The notes beneath the pieces are model-generated. The model was not told where the DNA came from. It did no database searches and saw only the letters and a list, made by a program, of their open reading frames with translations. A DNA stretch of 32,000 nucleotides, from positions 900,001-932,000 of the forward strand of contig NZ_CP107255.1 in the NCBI RefSeq assembly GCF_029232205.1. The letters are read 5' to 3'. The stretch's first letter is position 1. Each line of letters opens with the position of its first letter. The position numbers and the translations under genes were made by a program. The DNA is from Candidatus Saccharimonadota bacterium. GTDB lineage: Archaea > Nanohalarchaeota > Nanosalinia > Nanosalinales > Nanosalinaceae. Of this stretch, positions 1 through 9,691 are shown in pieces.

Positions 1-1
1 T

Positions 2-223
2 GAAGAAATGAACAGACACCAGAGAGCAATGGAAAAATCGACAGAAATACTTGGAGGCCAGGACTTTTACAAAACAGTTATGGAAGAATTTGGAGTTGAG
101 GAAACACAGGATTCAGGTGAGTTTCTCAGAGCTCACGGAATAGAACCAGGAACTCTTTCAGAACAGCTTCTTGAGGAAGAAGGAAAAAGAGAAAGAAAGG
201 CCTGTTTCCTGGAAAGAGGCTAG
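2..223 (+). CDS. hypothetical acidic protein, C-terminal part (frame open at the window edge)
   Basis: Reading frame is open from base 2. ORF-track ORF 8..223 gives a Glu-rich tail with no recognisable domain. Confidence 0.3.
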   Translation, partial: EEMNRHQRAMEKSTEILGGQDFYKTVMEEFGVEETQDSGEFLRAHGIEPGTLSEQLLEEEGKRERKACFLERG

Positions 224-648
224 TAAGGCTGCTCGGCACTATATCTGAACGTGACGTTTGCGGAGTCACTGAGCCTGTAGTTGTCAACAGATGTCGAAGG
301 CATTTCTCCATCAACGTAGAAAAGCCAGCTATGAGTATCGTTCTGACTCAGACCATTAATAGAAGTTACAAAGTAGCCAAAGTCGTACTCCGTATACTCA
401 ACATCGTAAGTGCTGTTTAAGACATGGAAAACCGTAGAGTTCTGCCTTACAGAAACATTCTCATTCAGAACAGCGTCCGGTTTCTCGACAGTCAAATTCA
501 CGACAACATGCTCTTCACCAAAAGTAACCTCCGGCGCAGAGTTAGAGAACTGCATTCCTGAAGCTGCAAGCGCAAGCAGGAAAAGGCCTGCAAAGATGTA
601 AAATACGTCTTTCTTACCGATAAAGTCCAATTTTTTCTTTAGATCCAT
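220..648 (-). CDS. DUF4430-like (transcobalamin-fold) exported or membrane-anchored protein
   Basis: 142 aa with N-terminal anchor VFYIFAGLFLLALAASG. C-terminal WLFYVDGE...VDNYRLSDSANVTFRY pattern is typical of DUF4430. Six N-x-S/T sequons. Overlaps the upstream membrane gene by 35 nt. Confidence 0.6.
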   Translation of the reverse strand: MDLKKKLDFIGKKDVFYIFAGLFLLALAASGMQFSNSAPEVTFGEEHVVVNLTVEKPDAVLNENVSVRQNSTVFHVLNSTYDVEYTEYDFGYFVTSINGLSQNDTHSWLFYVDGEMPSTSVDNYRLSDSANVTFRYSAEQPY

Positions 649-1192
649 AGAGTATCAACCCAAAACCAACTGTACTAACAAGATGAGCGAACGCAAACGG
701 AAGGGCCGCAGCCATAAACGCAAAACTGAAGCCCGAGGCCATAAAACCTACAGAAGCCAGATTAATAACAACCTCGTAAACCACAAGGCCTACAGCTGTC
801 GATACAAGAAAAGCATTTCTACCCTTGCTAATATTTCCTGCAAGGCCTCCTGTAACACCTGCTGCTGCAGCACCAAGCACCTGGAAAAACGTCCAGGGGC
901 CCTGACCTCCCCACACAAGAAAGTTCGAAATATAATATCCAGTGGCTCCAGCAGCAACGCCTTCACGCATACCAAAGTAGAAACCCGTAGCAGCTGCTAC
1001 AGCGATCAAAGGCTCTACACTCGGCACATGCTGCAAGGCCACTCTACCAGCAACACCGGTAGCTGTCAAAACTGCGGTGACTGCAAAGGCCTTTGTCTTG
1101 AAGTATGATTTTGACCTAGAATCTGATTGCTCGAAAAAAGCATCTAGATCAACCGCTGTTTCAGCGCTCATAGAAAAATTCTCCCCCTTCAA
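614..1192 (-). CDS. ECF-transporter S-component-like polytopic membrane protein
   Basis: 192 aa with 5-6 Gly/Ala-rich hydrophobic helices. Pairing with a DUF4430 gene is a known arrangement for vitamin-type S components. Assignment rests on pattern only. Confidence 0.5.
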   Translation of the reverse strand: MKGENFSMSAETAVDLDAFFEQSDSRSKSYFKTKAFAVTAVLTATGVAGRVALQHVPSVEPLIAVAAATGFYFGMREGVAAGATGYYISNFLVWGGQGPWTFFQVLGAAAAGVTGGLAGNISKGRNAFLVSTAVGLVVYEVVINLASVGFMASGFSFAFMAAALPFAFAHLVSTVGFGLILYGSKEKIGLYR

Positions 1193-1311
1193 TTCTCCCC
1201 ATAATCTGTAACCGATTATTGGGACTACTTCATTAAGAGTCTTCGGACCTCCAACCGATCAGTTAAAAAATTAGGCCTACAGAAATTCTACTACAGACAA
1301 TCTTTACTCCA

Positions 1312-1321
1312 ATGCGAGGGT
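1312..1321 (+). repeat. 10-nt copy (atgcgagggt) of the tRNA-Leu 5' junction
   Basis: Identical to 1419..1428. Followed by an imperfect hairpin, gaagatct 1323-1330 / agatcttc 1334-1341. Confidence 0.6.
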
Positions 1322-1364
1322 CGAAGATCTCTAAGATCTTCTCGACACAAGCAAATCTATGATT

Positions 1365-1381
1365 TGCGAGGGTAGCCAAGT
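1365..1381 (+). repeat. 17-nt copy (tgcgagggtagccaagt) of the tRNA-Leu 5' end
   Basis: Exact match to 1420..1436, which is the -1 base plus tRNA positions 1-16. Confidence 0.75.
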
Positions 1382-1420
1382 TGATTGCCAACCCTCCAAA
1401 AACAAACTGGCAAAACAGAT

Positions 1421-1503
1421 GCGAGGGTAGCCAAGTGGTCAAAGGCGCAGCGTTGAGGGCGCTGTCCTGTAGAGGTTCCGGGGTTCGAATCCTCGCTCTC
1501 GCA
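1421..1503 (+). tRNA. tRNA-Leu(GAG)
   Basis: Acceptor GCGAGGG/CTCTCGC. Anticodon stem CAGCG/CGCTG with loop TTGAGGG. Long variable arm. T-arm CGGGG-TTCGAAT-CCTCG. Discriminator A. Confidence 0.9.
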
Positions 1504-1575
1504 AGTCCATATTCCTACGAATCACGCGATTCTCTGTTTATAGGGAAGTCAGCTCCATAACCGAGAGCAAGACAA

Positions 1576-2319
1576 TCACGTTGAAAGATTCTCATCAAAC
1601 CAGGATTCTGTAGCCTCAATAACTTCATCCAGATTTTTATCGTAGTCGTGAGTTAAACCTTCAACTACCTTAAGTTCCCCCGCTTCCAGTTTTTCTACAG
1701 CTTTCTTGGAGTCTTCTAAATCTACTACCTCGTCCTCACTGCCGTGGATAATCAACACAGGACAACCCACTTCTGAGAGGAGTTCTTCCTGGTCTACATG
1801 TTTCATTTCGTCTACTATTTTCGAGCCTATCCACATCAATTGCTTCTTGTTCTTCCAGTAGTTAACACTCGGAACTCTGCCTACTAACCTAGCGAGTACC
1901 GTCCAGAGCAAGTTTTTCTTCGACAAGTCGATGCTGCTAGTTACAGGAGCCGTTAATACCATCGCCTTGACTTCAGATCTGTAATTCTTCAGCGAAATGT
2001 AGCCGCCGAGACTGTGACCATATAGACCAACTCTCTCCACATCTCGAGATCGGATGTATTCAATGGCTGCGTCCAGATCTTCAATCTCTTTTTCTGCTGT
2101 AATTGGAGATTTATTGCTTTCTCCACCACCTGAAAAATCGAAAGCTAACACATTATAACCTGCTTCATTCAGTGCTTCCGCTACTTTATCGAAGTAACCC
2201 CATTCGTGTTTATCGCCAGTAAATCCGTGACTCATCACTATTCCAGCATCTGAGTCAGCTTCGTGGTAGTTTCCAACCAGCTTCCGTCCCCGACCATTCT
2301 CAAATTTTACTTTCTGCAT
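1576..2319 (-). CDS. alpha/beta-fold serine hydrolase
   Basis: 247 aa. Nucleophile elbow GHSLGG, HGFTG oxyanion region, C-terminal IIHGSEDEVV and THDY (Asp/His) motifs. Confidence 0.8.
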   Translation of the reverse strand: MQKVKFENGRGRKLVGNYHEADSDAGIVMSHGFTGDKHEWGYFDKVAEALNEAGYNVLAFDFSGGGESNKSPITAEKEIEDLDAAIEYIRSRDVERVGLYGHSLGGYISLKNYRSEVKAMVLTAPVTSSIDLSKKNLLWTVLARLVGRVPSVNYWKNKKQLMWIGSKIVDEMKHVDQEELLSEVGCPVLIIHGSEDEVVDLEDSKKAVEKLEAGELKVVEGLTHDYDKNLDEVIEATESWFDENLST

Positions 2320-2466
2320 AGCTTGGATATCTCATCAAACACTAAAACTTCTGCGGAAGATCGAACACCCATAAAAACCCCGCAGAGGCATACAACAGAG
2401 TTTGATTCAGAACGTCTCAGCTGTGCGTCGCTCTCGCACTCATCTACTTTAACTTCTTCAGAAAAA

Positions 2467-3018
2467 CTATTCTTCCTTCATAATCAGAGCTGTAGAGATC
2501 ACAGCACCAACCAGGGACAGCGACCCCATTATCGTAAACAACGGATCGAAACCATGGTTCTGAATAATGTAGCCTGCGGCCATAGCGGAAATACCTGAGA
2601 CAATCCAGTACATCGACTCCCAGAGGCCCCATTCATAGGCGTAACGGCCTTCATCAAGATTTCGGGAATAAACCTCATCGAAAGCCGGAGATCTCACCGC
2701 TGTTGCAATACCTACAACGGCCTGAACTGCGAAAAGCTGCACAGCATTATCAACAAGAAGATAGCCGAAGAATCCTATGGTAGAAATAAAGTAACCAAGC
2801 ACTACAAGTTTTCTGGTATCAACAACTTTATCCTCAAGCCTGCTGGAAATAAAAATCAGTATTCCAGCAACTATGGCATAGATACTGTATGAACTTCCGG
2901 CAATAAATGCTCCACCACCAATCTTATCTACAAATACTGCATAAAACGGTGCAAAGAGTGCTGCCGCAAAAATACTGAATGCAGAGGCCGTATTTAGAAT
3001 CTTCAGCTGCCTGTTCAC
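2467..3018 (-). CDS. MFS-like transporter, six-helix half-size protein
   Basis: 183 aa with about six TM helices. A loop resembling MFS motif A lies between TM2 and TM3 (SSRLEDKVVDTRK). No second six-helix half follows. Confidence 0.5.
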   Translation of the reverse strand: MNRQLKILNTASAFSIFAAALFAPFYAVFVDKIGGGAFIAGSSYSIYAIVAGILIFISSRLEDKVVDTRKLVVLGYFISTIGFFGYLLVDNAVQLFAVQAVVGIATAVRSPAFDEVYSRNLDEGRYAYEWGLWESMYWIVSGISAMAAGYIIQNHGFDPLFTIMGSLSLVGAVISTALIMKEE

Positions 3019-3160
3019 AAATTATTTCTGGACAGGCCTGCATTTAATTCTTCCTGGATGGATAGAAGAGGCCAAAAGAACGTTTTGGAGATAAGTTTGG
3101 CAGTTATAGGTTTCCATAAGTGCCACAAATGATTAAACACTGCAAGGCCTAAGAGCAGAT

Positions 3161-3793
3161 ATGGAAAGAATTTATGCAATTGCATTGCTTGCAGCTGTTA
3201 TAGCTGTTTCAGGCTGTACTTCCACTACGTCAAGCGATACAGGCCAGTTTGAGCTACTTATCTCAGATCAACAGGCCGCTATCGATGACTTTGACTATCT
3301 TAACGTCGAGTTCTCTCACGCGAATATCTTTGCTGTAAACAACAGTAGCGTAAACGTGCAACAGGTTTCACTGAACAACACTTCTGCAGTCGATCTGACT
3401 CAGGTCAGAAATCTTACCGCAGAGTCACTTGTCAACACAACGCTGCCAGCAGGAAACTACAGCAAGATCGAACTTTACTCTGAGAGAATCAATGCCTCTG
3501 TCGACGGCGAAAACGTGGATGTAAAGATACCGCCAGGAAAACTGATGATCACAAAGCCTTTCGAAGTAAGGCCTAACGAGACAACAAGCTTCGTATTCGA
3601 CATCCAGGTAGTTCTCAGAGGAAACCAGCAGAACAACCAGGGATACATCCTCAGACCCGTAACCTCCGAATCAGGAGTCGCAGGCCGGGACGTAGAAGTC
3701 GAGAGGAAGAGAACAAGAGACAGAAACCGGAGCATGAACCAGACAGAGCAGCCGCCAACACCAAACAATTCTTCACAGGGACAGGGCCAGTAA
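3161..3793 (+). CDS. DUF4382-like lipoprotein
   Basis: 210 aa. Signal peptide with lipobox AVSGC. FELLISDQ...LNVEF start is typical of DUF4382. 13 N-x-S/T sequons. Basic/polar C-terminal tail. Confidence 0.55.
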   Translation: MERIYAIALLAAVIAVSGCTSTTSSDTGQFELLISDQQAAIDDFDYLNVEFSHANIFAVNNSSVNVQQVSLNNTSAVDLTQVRNLTAESLVNTTLPAGNYSKIELYSERINASVDGENVDVKIPPGKLMITKPFEVRPNETTSFVFDIQVVLRGNQQNNQGYILRPVTSESGVAGRDVEVERKRTRDRNRSMNQTEQPPTPNNSSQGQGQ

Positions 3794-3818
3794 AGGCCTT
3801 AAACCCTCTATTTTCTTA

Positions 3819-4598
3819 TCAAATTGAAAAACTTCTCTCAACCTCTCCTTCCACGAATACCTCTAACTCAAGGCCTGCATCAGATACGTCAACCATTGTA
3901 AAGTACTGATTGAAGCCCTCCTTTCTATCCTCAGAAATGAAGGGCGGATTGGTAAAGTGGGGCCTACCTTTGTACTCTGTTAAATCAAGATCATGGATAT
4001 GAGCATTGAAGACCGCTTTAACATTGTCATGCTTCTGCAAAACATTGTTAATCTCCTTTTTGTTGCCGCAGAAAGCTCTCTCAGGATACACATCCCAGAA
4101 ATAACTGTGAGACAGATCTCGAAAGTGAACAGGATGATGTATTACCAGAAAGGCCTCATCAAGACTCTCAAGAGTTTCATCCAGGAACTTCAGTTGATCT
4201 CTAGAAACCTGGCCGCGAGATCCTGAAAGCTCGGGAGCAGAGGAATCAAGAAACACAAATTTCTCGCCACCAACCTCTCTAATACCGAAGTTTTCCTGTG
4301 AAAACAGGTCCGAAAACTGTTCAGGCCCAACATCCTGTTCGTGATTGCCAGCAAGATAAAGCTTTTCGGCCTCAAGACTATCAAACCTATCTCTAATCTC
4401 TTTCAGTTCTTCAAGGCCTTCATCTTCCTCAGGTGCTTCGATACCTGTAGTAACTGCTCCTCCAATTAAATCTCCCAGCACTATAACCAGTTCTGGCCCT
4501 CTTCTTTCAATTTCATCAATTGTCCGGTCAAGAAGACGTAGCGCCTCCTCCCTATTCTCCTCAAGAAGATGTATATCCGAGATAACTGCGAACTTCAT
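3819..4598 (-). CDS. calcineurin-like metallophosphoesterase
   Basis: 259 aa. Motifs ISDIHL, GDLI, GNHE, HHP and NAHIH. Confidence 0.8.
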   Translation of the reverse strand: MKFAVISDIHLLEENREEALRLLDRTIDEIERRGPELVIVLGDLIGGAVTTGIEAPEEDEGLEELKEIRDRFDSLEAEKLYLAGNHEQDVGPEQFSDLFSQENFGIREVGGEKFVFLDSSAPELSGSRGQVSRDQLKFLDETLESLDEAFLVIHHPVHFRDLSHSYFWDVYPERAFCGNKKEINNVLQKHDNVKAVFNAHIHDLDLTEYKGRPHFTNPPFISEDRKEGFNQYFTMVDVSDAGLELEVFVEGEVERSFSI

Positions 4599-4647
4599 AA
4601 ACTGTATTTTTAACTCTGGCCGATTAAATCATTCTTGTCGACAGTTT

Positions 4648-4723
4648 TTGAGATGATGAAAACTCTTTCGACATCGTCTGATCCTCGAAAAGAGGGATGA
4701 TGACGAAAACACCCACTGATCAA
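4648..4723 (+). ncRNA. candidate C/D box sRNA
   Basis: C box ATGATGA 4653-4659, D' CTGA 4678-4681, C' ATGATGA 4697-4703, D CTGA 4716-4719. The C'-D spacer is exactly 12 nt. Small hairpin cctc-gaaaa-gagg lies between D' and C'. TATA-like ttaaat sits about 25 nt upstream. The C-D' spacer is 18 nt, which is non-canonical. Confidence 0.5.
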
Positions 4724-4725
4724 CA

Positions 4726-4890
4726 ATGATACTACTCGCATACGGCCTGGTCGTACTCGGATTCATCTTTCTAATAGCAGCAGCAATCCGAAGACACAAG
4801 GGCAAAGAATACAGAGATCTAATGCATACAGGAATAGCCTGCATACTTATCGCAGAAGTCGCCATAGCCACATTCCTTGTACTTTTCTAA
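4726..4890 (+). CDS. small two-helix membrane protein (54 aa, below the ORF-track cutoff)
   Basis: ATG 4726, TAA 4888-4890. Translation is MILLAYGLVVLGFIFLIAAAIRRHKGKEYRDLMHTGIACILIAEVAIATFLVLF. This is more protein-like than the antisense Cys/Arg/Ser-rich ORF 4629..4871. Confidence 0.35.
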   Translation: MILLAYGLVVLGFIFLIAAAIRRHKGKEYRDLMHTGIACILIAEVAIATFLVLF

Positions 4891-4946
4891 CCTCAGGTCC
4901 GGGGGATAGTTAAAAAGTTTCCCGGTTTAAACCCTGTTACTAGAAT

Positions 4947-5021
4947 GGTGGAGGTAGGTTAGTCGGTCCATACTACGACCTTGTGGCGGTCGTGACGCGG
5001 GTTCGAATCCCGCCCTCCGCC
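4947..5021 (+). tRNA. tRNA-His(GTG) with genome-encoded G-1
   Basis: G-1 at 4947 lies opposite C73. Acceptor GTGGAGG/CCTCCGC. Anticodon stem CGACC/GGTCG with loop TTGTGGC. T-arm GCGGG-TTCGAAT-CCCGC. Confidence 0.9.
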
Positions 5022-5040
5022 CTCCACGGTTTAACCACTC

Positions 5041-6048
5041 ATGAAATACCGTATACTACTCGTACTAGCTGTACTGTCAGCAGCATCACCTATCGCAGCA
5101 GACAGTATAGAAGAAATCAACACCAATTCTACAACAAATATCAGCTCCGACAACACGATCTACATGGCATCATCAGGAGGAGAAACAGCCCTCGGATCAG
5201 CACTGTCAGAAGAAGGAGAAATATTCACAGCAGAAGCAGCCAACGGTACAAAAGTATCGCAACTGAGCAGTGAGGGCCACTATCGAGATATAGAAATACT
5301 GAATAATTCTCAGATAGCCTACACTTACAGAGAATTCACATCAAAAGGCCTTAAATCAAGCATAATATTTTACAACACTACAAACCGCTCTCAGATCCGC
5401 AATATCACCGCGGAAAACTCTGTAAACGATCTGGAAATAGTAAATGAGAAAATATTCATCTCAAATACCACCTCGATACACAGAGCAGGAGAACCTGACG
5501 AAAAACTTGTGAATCTTAATCTAAGCGAGGATAGAGAGATAAATAACTTCGAGGCCCGTGGAGATACTACTTTCATCTCACTCAGCAATCCTGGAAAGCT
5601 TGTAGTATTCAGGAATGATCAGAGAACCGAATACAATATGTCAGAGGCCTCCGATATACAGATAATTGACACCAGCCCTGTAAAGATTCTGGCAGTGCAT
5701 GATGAGAAGGCCTCAGAATATATAGCAAGAGAGAATCTTTCTGAAGTCTGGTCGTACCGAGGATTGGATCAGGGCCTTGCGGTATCCCGGCTTGAGAATA
5801 ATGAGACTATTATCTCTGATTCAAGCGAGGTTCTGGCCGTGAATAGCACAGGTTCTGAGATCTGGAGTATGGAGAAATCCGATATTTCTGATATTGAGCA
5901 CAGATCTGAGAAGGTTTATTCTCTCGAAGGCAAGGTTCAGAGCGAGGAAGCGGAGTCTTACTGGACGCCAAGCAGTACTGCAGAGAGCAGAGACGAAGAA
6001 GGATTTATTGAAGGTATTGTTGCCAGGATCAACTCTTTTTTCAACTAA
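5041..6048 (+). CDS. secreted acidic, sequon-rich protein (possibly a beta-propeller repeat)
   Basis: 335 aa. Signal peptide MKYRILLVLAVLSAASPIAADS. About 12 N-x-S/T sequons. Repeated strand-like segments. No confident family. Confidence 0.6.
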   Translation: MKYRILLVLAVLSAASPIAADSIEEINTNSTTNISSDNTIYMASSGGETALGSALSEEGEIFTAEAANGTKVSQLSSEGHYRDIEILNNSQIAYTYREFTSKGLKSSIIFYNTTNRSQIRNITAENSVNDLEIVNEKIFISNTTSIHRAGEPDEKLVNLNLSEDREINNFEARGDTTFISLSNPGKLVVFRNDQRTEYNMSEASDIQIIDTSPVKILAVHDEKASEYIARENLSEVWSYRGLDQGLAVSRLENNETIISDSSEVLAVNSTGSEIWSMEKSDISDIEHRSEKVYSLEGKVQSEEAESYWTPSSTAESRDEEGFIEGIVARINSFFN

Positions 6049-6086
6049 TTATCTACTTTCTAGCTTATGAGTTCAGAGGATCGAAC

Positions 6087-6104
6087 CCTATTTAAAGTTT
6101 AGAG
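6087..6104 (+). promoter_or_regulatory. putative 16S rRNA promoter (TATA-like)
   Basis: cctatttaaagtttagag matches cctatataaagtttaaag upstream of 23S (11166..11183) at 16 of 18 positions. It lies about 310 nt upstream of the 16S 5' end. Confidence 0.45.
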
Positions 6105-6260
6105 TAGTTTTTGTGGACACGGGCATGAGACTTGGTCTCAGTCCGGATACAGTCTGACCATTTATAAGAGTTAATAGTGACTGTATTGTTACCCGCCAAG
6201 GAGACTTGTGTGGGATAAAGCCTGGAAGGGCGTTGATGAGCGTAATACTTTTACGTGATG

Positions 6261-6272
6261 TAGGAGAGACGG
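6261..6272. repeat. 5' arm of the 16S processing stem
   Basis: taggagagacgg is perfectly complementary to ccgtctctccta at 7944..7955. Confidence 0.6.
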
Positions 6273-6416
6273 ACCCGAAGTGCAATTTTCATATTGCGCT
6301 TCAACATGTAGCCGCACACTTTTCATAGTGTGCAGTTATCTTGACTGGAAAGTTTGGAACTTTCCGCATTTACATTTTAGAAATACCCGTCAAGAACCCT
6401 CCATTGACTTGGAGCA

Positions 6417-7889
<1,473 letters not shown>

Positions 7890-7943
7890 ACAAAAACATA
7901 GTTTCCTGGGATCAAAATCCAGGAAACATAGTTCATCATTTCA

Positions 7944-7955
7944 CCGTCTCTCCTA
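7944..7955. repeat. 3' arm of the 16S processing stem
   Basis: Complement of 6261..6272. Confidence 0.6.
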
Positions 7956-8050
7956 TCATATTTCACTTTCTAACTCAAATAGACTACTTTATTTGGAAAA
8001 CAAGCTGTTCTAACGAAGTATTTATAATATCTATCTGTTGTTACTTATTC

Positions 8051-8467
8051 ATGACAAACCAAACCGAGAGTGTTAGAAGATTCAAGCTGAACTTTGGCCT
8101 AGAGGGAACAACGCCAGCATACATAATGGAAACTGAAGATGACAACTATCTTCTGAGAGGTCGATTGACGGCAAAGGCCTTCGGACAGAATATGAGAAAA
8201 GGTGTTAGAGACGTCGAACTTCTGGATACCCTGTCAGATGAGGAGGTTGAAGAATACTCTGACGGCCAGGTAGTGGAGTACGACGGCGAGGAATGGAGAA
8301 AGGCCGATCTGAGACTTGATACAGACGTAGCGTATGATCAGGTAGATGCAAGAATACTTGAGTACAGTGGGCCTGGAGAAAGAATGTCCGTTTCTGTAGA
8401 AAATGAAGAAGTAGAGGGAATGGCCGAGGAGGCCTTGAAGAATTTCCGTGGAGAACTTTTCCACTAA
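8051..8467 (+). CDS. hypothetical acidic protein
   Basis: The track ORF 7862..8467 begins inside 16S. The first plausible start is ATG 8051 (MTNQTES...), with tttataat about 25 nt upstream, which fits a leaderless transcript. Confidence 0.55.
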   Translation: MTNQTESVRRFKLNFGLEGTTPAYIMETEDDNYLLRGRLTAKAFGQNMRKGVRDVELLDTLSDEEVEEYSDGQVVEYDGEEWRKADLRLDTDVAYDQVDARILEYSGPGERMSVSVENEEVEGMAEEALKNFRGELFH

Positions 8468-8470
8468 CCT

Positions 8471-8974
8471 TTACTCATCGATGTCTTCGTCGAACTGATC
8501 TACCTGATGACTTAGCTTCGTGAGTAGATCGTCCGTCTCTGAGAGCGAGTTCTCAAGAGAGTCACGTTCCTCTTTCAGCTTCTGAATCTTTCTCTGCTGG
8601 GAACTGACTTTGGCCTCTAACTCTGCTTCCTCTTCCTTCTCATCATCAAGCTCGGATTCAAGATCATCGATCTCATCCTTCTTACTATCGAGCTTATCCT
8701 TCAGCTTGTCCTTAGTAGCCTTCAGATTCTCAACAGTATTCTTGAGATTCTTCTTCTCATCCCTGAGACGATCAACTTTTTCCTCAAGATCCTGTTTCTC
8801 CTGTTTAATCTCGGAAACCTTCTCGGCCTCCTTGTCAACTTTTTCTAGTAGCTTTTTGAGTTCCTGAACCTGTTTATCCGGGTGGGCCTCTCCTTCGTGA
8901 ATGTGTAGGCCTTTTTGAGAATCAAATTCTTCACCGCAGATATCGCATGTGAATGTCTGGTCATCGTCTGCCAT
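8471..8974 (-). CDS. C2H2 zinc-finger protein with a long acidic coiled coil
   Basis: 167 aa. N-terminal FTCDICGEEFDSQKGLHIHEGEAH has C-x2-C-x12-H-x4-H spacing. The rest is E/K/L heptad-like sequence. Confidence 0.65.
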   Translation of the reverse strand: MADDDQTFTCDICGEEFDSQKGLHIHEGEAHPDKQVQELKKLLEKVDKEAEKVSEIKQEKQDLEEKVDRLRDEKKNLKNTVENLKATKDKLKDKLDSKKDEIDDLESELDDEKEEEAELEAKVSSQQRKIQKLKEERDSLENSLSETDDLLTKLSHQVDQFDEDIDE

Positions 8975-9015
8975 TTTTAGTTTCTCACCAATAGTAAATA
9001 TGGATAAAAGCTGGC

Positions 9016-9300
9016 TTATAAAGTTTCTAGACCACGTAAAAGCTTCCTGAGCTGACGGATCTGCTCCTCAGGATCTTCATCAAGATCATCTATAGAAATA
9101 CTGTCCTGATGATCCTGCCAACCCTTGTGGAAAGAATAGCTAAATTCATCCATTTCACCGATCTTAACACCTTCTCTACGGAGAACATCCTCCATGTTAA
9201 CAAGTACACGAACCAGTTTCTTGTTGGCCTCAAGAAGATTATCTCTCTGCTCCTTCAACTCTTCCAGCTCTTCCTGAGCGCTTTCAAGCTTCTGAAACAT
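9016..9300 (-). CDS. hypothetical coiled-coil protein
   Basis: Only the C-terminal 94 aa of track ORF 9016..9696 (from MFQKLESAQEELEEL) look protein-like. The Ser-rich N-terminal part is antisense to the 9416..9691 gene. Confidence 0.45.
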   Translation of the reverse strand: MFQKLESAQEELEELKEQRDNLLEANKKLVRVLVNMEDVLRREGVKIGEMDEFSYSFHKGWQDHQDSISIDDLDEDPEEQIRQLRKLLRGLETL

Positions 9301-9415
9301 TTCCTCGGCCTCTACTCTGTCAACCACAGAAACACTATAGAACCAGGCAAATAAAACAGGTAAGGCCTGACCACCGATACAAAGAAATAAGATTACCTGG
9401 CCAGAAAAAATACTT

Positions 9416-9691
9416 ATGCCGGAAGATGAGGACGTGGAGAACGAACTGAGAGAGACAGAGGAAGAAATCAAAGGCCTCATAGAAAGTATCGAAAAAGAAA
9501 GCTCCACACCAGAAGAAACATCAGTCACAACACCAGAGGACGACGACACAGAAGAAGAGAATACAGACGAAAAAGAAACCGTAGAGAAAGACGGAAAATA
9601 CATAGACAAATCCACCGGTAAAAAGTTCGATACAGAGGAAGGCCTCGAACTCTTCCAGCAAGCAACACAGATAAAGGACAAACAAGGATAA
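9416..9691 (+). CDS. hypothetical highly acidic protein with a ligand-less zinc-finger-like C-terminus
   Basis: 91 aa. Residues 62-85 (YIDKSTGKKFDTEEGLELFQQATQ) align with the C2H2 finger of the 8471..8974 protein, but all four metal ligands are replaced. Confidence 0.5.
   Translation: MPEDEDVENELRETEEEIKGLIESIEKESSTPEETSVTTPEDDDTEEENTDEKETVEKDGKYIDKSTGKKFDTEEGLELFQQATQIKDKQG

Noticed and set aside
4629-4871. 80-aa minus-strand ORF
   Set aside because: The translation is Cys/Arg/Ser-rich with no start context. The region is better explained by the C/D box sRNA candidate and a plus-strand 54-aa membrane ORF.
6071-6092. ggatcgaacc, which reads as a T-arm-like GGTTCGATCC on the minus strand, considered as a tRNA or tRNA remnant
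   Set aside because: Only a 3-bp T-stem can form, and no acceptor, D or anticodon arms are present. It overlaps the proposed 16S promoter.
7901-7927. 9-bp hairpin after 16S, considered as a terminator or separate ncRNA
   Set aside because: It lies inside the 16S processing helix and has no oligo-T run. It is most simply part of the pre-rRNA trailer.
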